Shown here one piece after another: positions 57,250-64,000 of a stretch of 64,000 nt of DNA. Numbering within the stretch: the stretch's first letter is position 1; every line of letters begins with the position of its first letter. Both the position numbers and the translations under genes were made by a program. The notes under the pieces are model-generated. The model did no database searches. It was given only the letters and a program-made list of their open reading frames with translations, and was not told the DNA's origin. The DNA is from Bacteroidota bacterium (GTDB lineage: Bacteria; Bacteroidota; Ignavibacteria; UBA10030), in the NCBI GenBank assembly GCA_049644265.1, contig JBARRO010000048.1, positions 2,886 to 66,885 of the forward strand. The letters run 5' to 3'.

Positions 57250-58748
57250 CACTACGGACATTCACGACGACTGCATTTCTGGCGTTCCTGCTTGTTGTTG
57301 ACACGCCGCCAAGTTCCGCGCAATACAACAGCTTCAACCAGCGCGACGACAAGTATCGCCTGCTCGGGCTCAAGCGCGCAAAGGAATACTATGAGCTGGC
57401 GAAGAAAGAGTTCGACCGTCAAAAAAATCTCTTCGACAAGGGCCTTGTTTCGCAAGTTGAGATTGACCGTTCCAAGAACGCACTCGCCGACGCCGAAGTG
57501 AACTACCAACAATCCCTGCTCGCCGTGCTCTTCGAACAACAGTATGTATCCATTGACAATGCCGTGAAATACCAGGCATCCAACGGTTCCAAGCGTGTCA
57601 GACTTACGCTGAAAAATGCATCGGGAGGCGGCGAGGAATTTCAAAAACTCCTCGGCATCGAGGACAAACTGTTTCGTTCTCTTCAGCCGGACCTGATTCA
57701 GAATGTCTACGTTTCCCTCTACAACAGCGAGGGCGCAATCATCTCCCAGCCGTATGAGGCAAAGATCGAACAACTGAAGTCCGGCGAGCCACGAAAGATC
57801 GACTTTACGCTCCTGCAGGACCTGGACGCCGTGACGGTCAATATTATTTATGGGAATGGAACAAGCCGGACTCTGAAAATCCTCCTGCAGAAAGACAATA
57901 CCGTCAACAGGGTGCTGCTGCAGTCGCAACAGTTCTCCCAGGAGGCCGAGCTGGGCACGTCTGCAACGTTTGACCTCACGCTTGAGCTCTTCAGCGGCGT
58001 GGACAACACTTTTAGTCTCGAAGTGGTCAACCTCCCCCGCCAGATCAATCGATTCTTCAAGGACATTACAACGGGAGCCCGTCTTTCGCAGATCAAATTC
58101 ACGGAGAGTTCCAGTTCGAAGAAAGCGGGGTTGGAAGTTTCGTTGCCGGATCGGCCGACAGATCAGGTGGCCATGGACAAACCCATCGCGTTTTTTGCGC
58201 TGGTGGTCCCCACCGACCGGGGCGACGAGTTCCGTTCAATCCAGGAAAAGAGCTGGACCGAGGATGAGATCAAAAAATTGCATGTGGGATATGTCCGTCT
58301 CGAGCTCATGCCCCGTGGCCAGGGAAGGCTCCTTGTTCGGGCACCCCAACTTTACTACGCTATCAAGCCTGACGGCAGTGTCGAGATGACGGTGGACGCC
58401 GTGAACGAGGGAACGCGGAGGCTGGATAACGTCAGAATGGATGTGGACGTGCCCCTCAATTGGACCAAACGCATCAGTCCCGACGTGATTCCGGCACTCG
58501 ACATCAATCAGGAGAAACGCATCACGGTGACCGCTGTTCCTCCTCCGGGAATCGCCGTGGGCCGGTATGAGCTGCGTCTCCGCACAAGCGGCCTTTCGGA
58601 CAACAAGCCCGTCAACGCGGAAGACAAAACGGTGACTGTCGAGATCCAGGCAGAAGCAAGCGTGATTGGGACGATCCTTCTTGTGTTGACGATCCTTGGG
58701 CTTGTTTCGGGCCTGGTCGTGTTCGGGGTAAAGCTCTCAAAGCGGTAA
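57246..58748 (+). CDS. Secreted beta-rich protein with N-terminal coiled coil and C-terminal TM anchor (ABC-module accessory, hypothetical)
   Basis: Signal peptide. Adaptor-like coiled coil (LVSQVEIDRSKNALADAEVNYQQS). About 380 aa of beta-rich sequence with Ig-like/NEW3-like character. Hydrophobic C-terminal helix. Confidence 0.3.
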   Translation: MTLRTFTTTAFLAFLLVVDTPPSSAQYNSFNQRDDKYRLLGLKRAKEYYELAKKEFDRQKNLFDKGLVSQVEIDRSKNALADAEVNYQQSLLAVLFEQQYVSIDNAVKYQASNGSKRVRLTLKNASGGGEEFQKLLGIEDKLFRSLQPDLIQNVYVSLYNSEGAIISQPYEAKIEQLKSGEPRKIDFTLLQDLDAVTVNIIYGNGTSRTLKILLQKDNTVNRVLLQSQQFSQEAELGTSATFDLTLELFSGVDNTFSLEVVNLPRQINRFFKDITTGARLSQIKFTESSSSKKAGLEVSLPDRPTDQVAMDKPIAFFALVVPTDRGDEFRSIQEKSWTEDEIKKLHVGYVRLELMPRGQGRLLVRAPQLYYAIKPDGSVEMTVDAVNEGTRRLDNVRMDVDVPLNWTKRISPDVIPALDINQEKRITVTAVPPPGIAVGRYELRLRTSGLSDNKPVNAEDKTVTVEIQAEASVIGTILLVLTILGLVSGLVVFGVKLSKR

Positions 58749-58880
58749 TAACACTTGGTTCTTGGATACAGGACGTTGGGTGTTGGAAATTGGAAAGATG
58801 AACCATTCAAAGTCCAATGACCAATATTCAATAGTCAATATCCAATTCCCAATAATCAACGTGACCTAAAGGAGCCATTT
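58749..58880 (+). repeat. Array of 18 in-phase degenerate heptanucleotide repeats (intercistronic, upstream of the ABC ATPase)
   Basis: cacttgg ttcttgg atacagg acgttgg gtgttgg aaattgg aaagatg aaccatt caaagtc caatgac caatatt caatagt caatatc caattcc caataat caacgtg acctaaa ggagcca then ttt ATG. The distal half is NNNNTGG, the proximal half CAATNNN, G-poor. Confidence 0.85.
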
Positions 58881-59615
58881 ATGCAGCCAACTCCCATGTT
58901 TGAAGCCGTGAATCTCACCAAGAGGTATGAGGACGGCGTGCTTGCACTCGATCGTGTTTCGTTCCGTGTCGATCGCGGAGAGATCTACGCGATGCTTGGC
59001 GCGAACGGAGCCGGAAAGACGACCGCCATCAACATCTTCCTGAACCTGATCGAGCCGACCGAAGGAGAAGCACGTATCGATGGTGTCGCGACACATAAAG
59101 AGCCGCTGGTGGCAAAAAAGAATGTCGCATACGTTTCAGAAAACGTCATGCTGTATCCGAGCTTTACCGCGATTCAGAACCTCGATTATTTCGCAAGACT
59201 CGGTGGAAAAACCCAGTATACCCGGGAGGATTACCGAAAGGTCCTGCGGCGCGTCGGTTTGCAGGAGGAGGCGCACACGAAGAGACTCAAGGGATTCTCC
59301 AAGGGAATGAGGCAAAAATGCGGAATTGCCATAGCGATCCTTAAAGATGCTCCGGCCATTCTCCTCGATGAACCCACATCGGGGCTTGACCCTCAGGCGG
59401 CTTACGAATTCCAACGCCTCCTTGAGTCCCTCCGCGACGAAGGCAAATCGATTATCATGTCCACCCATGACATCTTTCGCGCCAAAGAAGTCGCGGATAC
59501 TGTCGGTATCATGAGCAAAGGAAGACTCGTCATGCAGAAATCTTCGGCCGAGCTGCAAGGAAAGGACCTTGAACAGGTATATATGAAACATATGGCGGGA
59601 CATGGAGAGGAGTAG
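58881..59615 (+). CDS. ABC transporter ATP-binding protein
   Basis: Walker A GANGAGKTT, signature FSKGMRQK, Walker B ILLDEPTSGLD, H-loop. Confidence 0.9.
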   Translation: MQPTPMFEAVNLTKRYEDGVLALDRVSFRVDRGEIYAMLGANGAGKTTAINIFLNLIEPTEGEARIDGVATHKEPLVAKKNVAYVSENVMLYPSFTAIQNLDYFARLGGKTQYTREDYRKVLRRVGLQEEAHTKRLKGFSKGMRQKCGIAIAILKDAPAILLDEPTSGLDPQAAYEFQRLLESLRDEGKSIIMSTHDIFRAKEVADTVGIMSKGRLVMQKSSAELQGKDLEQVYMKHMAGHGEE

Positions 59616-59744
59616 AGGAGTAATGGAGTAGATGAGTAGTGGAGTAGGTGCGTTTATGAGTCGATGAGTCTGTGAGTCTATAAGTCAATGAGTAACAGGG
59701 CAAACTGCTAACTGGAAACTGAAAACTGACAACTGGCAACTCCT
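59616..59744 (+). repeat. Array of 18 in-phase degenerate heptanucleotide repeats (intercistronic ATPase to permease)
   Basis: ggagtaa tggagta gatgagt agtggag taggtgc gtttatg agtcgat gagtctg tgagtct ataagtc aatgagt aacaggg caaactg ctaactg gaaactg aaaactg acaactg gcaactc then ct ATG. Shares the aactgacaactgg(a/c)aact motif with the trpE-trpG array. Confidence 0.85.
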
Positions 59745-61157
59745 ATGATCAAACTCATCATTGAAAAAGAGCTCCGGGAGATTATCGGATCGACGAAGTT
59801 TGCGGTGACGTTTGGGGTTTCGTCTATTCTCATTATTCTCTCGTTTTATGTCGGTGGCAGGAATTATCAGATCGGGACGGAACAGTACGAATCGTCGAAA
59901 CGCGAGGATTTCAGGAAGATGGAAGGAATCACTGACTGGAATGAAGTCCGCGACCACCGGGTCTTCCTTCCCCCTCAGCCTGTCGCGTCTCTCGTGATGG
60001 GGGTCTCAAACGACATCGGCCGGACCATGGAAATACACGGACGAGGCGAGCTGACTGCCGAAGACAGCAGGTATGGCGATGACCCGATTTATGCGGTCTT
60101 CCGGTTTCTGGATCTCGATTTCATCTTTCAAATTGTCCTTTCCCTCTTTGCCATTCTGTTTGCGTACGACGCCATAAATGGGGAAAAGGAGCGCGGGACG
60201 CTTCGACTCACATTTGCCAATCCGGTTCCGCGCGGCTCGTACATCCTTGGCAAAATGCTCGGATCGCTCTTCGGCCTTGCCCTTCCCCTTCTCATTCCCA
60301 TTCTGATCGGGTCGACGGTCCTGCTTCTCATGAAGATACCCCTTCAGACGCCGGATTGGGTGCGTCTGGCTCTCGTCGTGGCCTGTGGATTTCTGTACTT
60401 TGGCGCGTTTTTGGCGCTCTCCCTGTTCATTTCTTCCCTAACGGAGAGATCCTCACATTCCTTTCTCCTCCTGCTCATTATCTGGATTCTCTCAGTCATG
60501 GTTGTCCCCAGAATCGCTGTGTTACTCGCAGGAAGGGCCATCGACGTCCCGAGTGTCGATGAGCTCGGTTCGAAGAAATCCCGATACGCCGCTTCGCTCT
60601 GGCAGGAGGATCGGAAGAAAATGGCGGATTTCAAGTCGACTCCCGGCGTCCCTGCCAATGAAGTGCTCAAGGGTTTCCAAAAGTTCATGTCGCAGATGGG
60701 CGATGAAAGGGAAAAGAAGATTCAGGAATTCGGCAGACAACTGAACGAGAACAGGACGAACAAGCAACGTCTTCAGGAGGACCTGGCGTTTGGACTCTCC
60801 ATGGTCTCCCCTTCCGCAGTCTTTTCCCTGGCATCAACCACGATTTCGGGTACCGGCCTGCGGCTCGCGAACAACTTTCAGCACGAGGCCGAAACGTACC
60901 AAACGTCGTACGGAGAGTTCATGAAGGAGAAAACCGGAATGAATCCCGGCGGCGGCATGGTGTTCCGCATTTCCACGGACAACGATACAAAGAAAGACCC
61001 TGTGAACCTGAATGAGCTTCCTGTATTCGAGTTCCGCAGGGAACCCCTTCGGGCTGTCCTGGGGTCCATCGCGTTGGACTTTGGAATCCTGGCTCTCTTC
61101 AATATTCTGTTCTTCGCCGGGGCGTTTATCTCGTTCCTTCGCTACGATGTCCGTTGA
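59745..61157 (+). CDS. ABC-2 family transporter permease (paralog 1)
   Basis: 470 aa. N-terminal TM, large extracytoplasmic/charged insert, ABC-2 core (DDPIYAVFRFLDLDF ... C-terminal FLRYDVR). Confidence 0.65.
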   Translation: MIKLIIEKELREIIGSTKFAVTFGVSSILIILSFYVGGRNYQIGTEQYESSKREDFRKMEGITDWNEVRDHRVFLPPQPVASLVMGVSNDIGRTMEIHGRGELTAEDSRYGDDPIYAVFRFLDLDFIFQIVLSLFAILFAYDAINGEKERGTLRLTFANPVPRGSYILGKMLGSLFGLALPLLIPILIGSTVLLLMKIPLQTPDWVRLALVVACGFLYFGAFLALSLFISSLTERSSHSFLLLLIIWILSVMVVPRIAVLLAGRAIDVPSVDELGSKKSRYAASLWQEDRKKMADFKSTPGVPANEVLKGFQKFMSQMGDEREKKIQEFGRQLNENRTNKQRLQEDLAFGLSMVSPSAVFSLASTTISGTGLRLANNFQHEAETYQTSYGEFMKEKTGMNPGGGMVFRISTDNDTKKDPVNLNELPVFEFRREPLRAVLGSIALDFGILALFNILFFAGAFISFLRYDVR

Positions 61158-62649
61158 CCAATCACCAGAGATCGGGAGAATAACGATGTTTCGAACCATG
61201 GTTGTCAAAGAACTTAAATCCATCCTGCTCAGCCCGAAATTCACCGGAACGTTTGCTGTCTGCTCGCTCCTGATGCTTCTGACGGTGTACGTGGGTATCC
61301 GTGAGTACCAGTCAACCCTCAGAGAATACGCAGCCGCGAACAACCTTGTGCAGCAGGAAATGCGGGAGGCTCGCCAGTGGATGCAGGTCAACAATCGCAT
61401 TTATCGCGAACCGAACCCGATGCAGATTTTCGTCGCGGGCGTCCAGAACGACGTCGGACGGTTCTCCAGCATTAGCGCCTGGCAGCCCGTGAAGCTTGTG
61501 CACAGCTCCTACACCGACGACCCGATCTTTGCGGTCTTCCGGTTTGTCGATTTCTCCTTTATTGTTCAGGTTGTATTGACGTTGTTTGCCGTCCTCTTCA
61601 CGTTCGATGCCATCAACGGCGAGCGCGAGAATGGAACGCTTCAGTTGATCTTCTCCCACGCCGTTCCGCGGGCGCAGTTTGTGCTGGCAAAACTCGTGGG
61701 CTCCTGGCTGGGTCTGGTGATTCCTCTGACCATCCCGGTTTTGTTGAGTCTCCTGATGCTTCCGTTATTTGGCATCCCCATGACGACGGATGTTTGGATG
61801 AGGATGGGCGCGGTGATGGCCGCATCTGTACTGCTCTTCACATTCTTTGTGGCGTTCGGCGTCCTGGTATCCGCCCTGACACGTCATTCAAACGTCTCGT
61901 TCCTCATCTGCCTGGTCAGCTGGGTGGCGCTTGTTCTGATCGTTCCACGGCTTGGCGTCATGGCTGCAGGGCAGATCATCAAAACCCCGACCGTTGCGGA
62001 GATTGAAAGTCAACAGGATGGATTCGCAAAAAACAGGTGGAATGAAGAGATGAAGTTGATGGGGGAACGGTGGAGAACCCGTAACGAGAGCATGAATGGA
62101 TTAAACGAGCAGGAGCGGAAGGCAAAGCGGGATGAAATGGAATGGACCTGGGCGGAGGAGGACGACAACGCAAGGAAGAAAGTCCAACAGGATGTCGATG
62201 AAAATTCCCGGAAGCTGAGAGAGGAATTCCGAAACCGAACGATGGAGCAACAACACCTCGCGTTCCTCCTCTCGCGCTTTTCTCCGGTCTCGGCGTTTCA
62301 GCTCGCGATCATGAACCTCGGCGGTACCGACACGGGATTGAAGTCACGCTACGAGGATGCGCTCAATGCGTACAGAACGGCGTTCAATCAGTACAAGGAC
62401 CAGAAGCGGAAGGAATCCGGGAGCATCGGAGGGTTGCGCATCAGTGTTGACTCACAGAGCGGTGTCAAAATCGATGTGGGGAGAGAAATCGCCCTGGACT
62501 TGAGCGGGATTCCGCAATTTCAACTGAACAGAGGGACATTTGTCGAAGCGTTTGCACCAACGATCGTCGATTTCGGTCTGCTCGGATTCTTTTCCATTGC
62601 AGCGCTTGTTGGCACGTTCCTGGCCTTTCTCCGCTATGACGTCCGATAG
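61012..62649 (+). CDS. ABC-2 family transporter permease (paralog 2)
   Basis: Likely start MFRTMVVKEL (ATG 61196). Same architecture and motifs as paralog 1 (DDPIFAVFRFVDFSF ... FLRYDVR). Tandem duplicate. Confidence 0.65.
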   Translation: MSFLYSSSAGNPFGLSWGPSRWTLESWLSSIFCSSPGRLSRSFATMSVDQSPEIGRITMFRTMVVKELKSILLSPKFTGTFAVCSLLMLLTVYVGIREYQSTLREYAAANNLVQQEMREARQWMQVNNRIYREPNPMQIFVAGVQNDVGRFSSISAWQPVKLVHSSYTDDPIFAVFRFVDFSFIVQVVLTLFAVLFTFDAINGERENGTLQLIFSHAVPRAQFVLAKLVGSWLGLVIPLTIPVLLSLLMLPLFGIPMTTDVWMRMGAVMAASVLLFTFFVAFGVLVSALTRHSNVSFLICLVSWVALVLIVPRLGVMAAGQIIKTPTVAEIESQQDGFAKNRWNEEMKLMGERWRTRNESMNGLNEQERKAKRDEMEWTWAEEDDNARKKVQQDVDENSRKLREEFRNRTMEQQHLAFLLSRFSPVSAFQLAIMNLGGTDTGLKSRYEDALNAYRTAFNQYKDQKRKESGSIGGLRISVDSQSGVKIDVGREIALDLSGIPQFQLNRGTFVEAFAPTIVDFGLLGFFSIAALVGTFLAFLRYDVR

Positions 62650-62661
62650 GAAAGATGAGGC

Positions 62662-63978
62662 TCAGGGCAGACCCTGAACCTTCCACCACAGTCCGTTGCC
62701 GGCTCTGATTCCGAGTGCAACCTTTTTTGCGTCGGGACTTAGCACGTATGTCCTCACGTCATCGTATCGTGTGGACTCCATGCCGTTTACACCAAGACAT
62801 TTGTCCTCGTCTCCGACGAGAATATAGACAAGGTTCCTGCCGTCGGGACTGAACTCCATGCTGATGGGCATATCCGTCGTCTCCTGCACCGTTTTGCCGT
62901 TGAGGACAATAACATACTTTCCGTTGAAGCTTACGTAGGCAAGGCGGCTCCCGTTCGAACTCAGCGCTATCCTCGTTACGGACCTGAAAGGACCGGCTCG
63001 TGTTGTGCCGGCGACGACATACGCCGAATCTTCCTTCTTCACATCCCATACCATCGCGGAACCGTCATCACTGAAGCGAAAATCCAGCACATCGTCGAAA
63101 GCCTCGTGTTCTTCTGTACCCACGACAACGAACGCCTTGTCCTTCCTGTTTGCCACAAATCCGAGAGTCCCGTCGTTTCTGTACCAGAACGACCGGAGCC
63201 GATCGAACGGACCAATGCGACCGGTGTCGACGATTGCATACCACTGATTCCCCGACTGCGCGGGATAGGTTAGCTTCTTCCCGTCCGGACTCCAGTAAGG
63301 ATCTCCTACCTCATCAAATGACGGACCCGCTGCTGTATCCACAACCATGAAAGCGAGCTTTCCGGAACGCGCAGAGTAGGCGATGTGTCCGTCTGAACTG
63401 AACAAAGGCATGGTGACCCATTCATAGGTTGCGCCAGTTTTTTCTCCGTTGACGACAAACCACTGCTTTCCCTTCATAGCGGCGAACGCGACATGACTGC
63501 CGTCCGGAGAATACGAGACAAGCCACGCATAGTCGTAGGGACCAGTCGATTTCCCGTTATTAATCACCCACCATTTTCCGCCGCGTTCAAAATTCGGAAC
63601 GCTCGGATCCAGCCAACGCTTCCAGTCAACGTCGGTCACGGCAACATAGGCGACTTTCTTGCCGTCTGGACTGAATACCGGCTTGTCGGTCCAGTCATAC
63701 TCGGATTGCCGGGCGTTATTCACAACGACGACATGCTTGCGATCTCGTTCAGCGGTGTAGGCAACGCTTCTTCCATCCGGACTGAACACCACATCATCGT
63801 TGCTAACTATATTGAGATCGGCCGGAATGGTCGCAAGGAGCCTTTCGTCAAAGCTGACCGAGCTCTTCTGAGTTTCCCCCCGACATGAGACAAGAGTGAT
63901 TGTGAAGGAAAGACTAACGAGAACTGCAATCAGTGGCTTCATGCGGGGGATCCATGATAGGTGATACGTATCGGACAA
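62662..63978 (-). CDS. Lipoprotein with PD40/WD40-like beta-propeller repeats (TolB-like)
   Basis: Lipoprotein signal (LVSC) and more than six repeats of the (F/Y)SPDG(K/R)xxAY type. Confidence 0.55.
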   Translation of the reverse strand: MSDTYHLSWIPRMKPLIAVLVSLSFTITLVSCRGETQKSSVSFDERLLATIPADLNIVSNDDVVFSPDGRSVAYTAERDRKHVVVVNNARQSEYDWTDKPVFSPDGKKVAYVAVTDVDWKRWLDPSVPNFERGGKWWVINNGKSTGPYDYAWLVSYSPDGSHVAFAAMKGKQWFVVNGEKTGATYEWVTMPLFSSDGHIAYSARSGKLAFMVVDTAAGPSFDEVGDPYWSPDGKKLTYPAQSGNQWYAIVDTGRIGPFDRLRSFWYRNDGTLGFVANRKDKAFVVVGTEEHEAFDDVLDFRFSDDGSAMVWDVKKEDSAYVVAGTTRAGPFRSVTRIALSSNGSRLAYVSFNGKYVIVLNGKTVQETTDMPISMEFSPDGRNLVYILVGDEDKCLGVNGMESTRYDDVRTYVLSPDAKKVALGIRAGNGLWWKVQGLP

Positions 63979-64000
63979 TGGGACGAAAGTATGAAAACCA

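Noticed and set aside
1-64000. CRISPR arrays, rRNA genes, transposases or integrases
   Set aside because: No regularly spaced 25-40-bp direct repeats with unique spacers were seen, and no rRNA-like conserved stretches. No ORF carries DDE, tyrosine or serine recombinase motifs. The inverted-repeat element at 26961-27386 carries no transposase and partly duplicates a gene end.

Overview
This 64-kb window (about 55% GC) looks like a densely coding bacterial chromosomal segment with roughly 65 protein genes and one tRNA. I could not run any searches, so all calls rest on motifs and organisation read directly from the sequence and the ORF track. Many of the long plus-strand ORFs in the six-frame track are antisense shadows of real minus-strand genes (glnA, coxA, infB, cyt b/Rieske) and were discarded.

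Contents, in order:
- **1-4360:** the 5' part of glnA, an Lrp/AsnC regulator, nagA, rpe and a PASTA-repeat membrane protein.
- **4394-14659:** a tightly packed, start/stop-overlapping nine-gene plus-strand operon of tailoring enzymes. It encodes a nucleotidyltransferase-fold protein, two cobalamin-type radical SAM enzymes, one SPASM-type radical SAM enzyme, two SAM methyltransferases, GT9 and GT87/DUF2029 glycosyltransferases, and an amidohydrolase. No precursor peptide is evident. This is my best candidate for an undescribed biosynthetic or glycoconjugate-modification system.
- **14656-16930:** the nucleoside-salvage trio cdd-tdk-punA.
- **16939-30220:** a 13-kb minus-strand respiratory supercluster. 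It comprises a 2[4Fe-4S] ferredoxin, a Rieske protein, a split cytochrome b (b6-like plus subunit-IV-like), an octahaem c-type cytochrome with an N-terminal TM helix and coiled coil, a cupredoxin-like protein, and an aa3-type oxidase (subunits I, III, IV, two small membrane ORFs, II). It ends with CtaA, CtaB and DUF420. The intergenic regions inside it carry a tandemly duplicated element bounded by 14-bp inverted repeats and a dyad array of CGCAAAG/CTTTGCG motifs.
- **30397-34099:** bshC, an ICMT-family methyltransferase and aroA.
- **34318-43507:** the conserved block rimP-nusA-infB-rbfA-truB-ribF-rpsO-pnp.
- **43668-52627:** LOG, trpG/trpE-like genes, a thioesterase, ltaE, lnt, PAP2, dedA, ispF, acyP, an AhpD-like protein and tRNA-Leu(GAG).
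- **52897-63978:** an NPP-family phosphodiesterase, a two-component system, a PDZ protein, and an ABC-2 exporter module with two tandem paralogous permeases and a PD40 lipoprotein.

The most unusual non-genic signal is four intercistronic spacers. Each consists of 17-30 perfectly phased but degenerate heptanucleotide repeats that are strongly G-depleted on the sense strand just upstream of a start codon.
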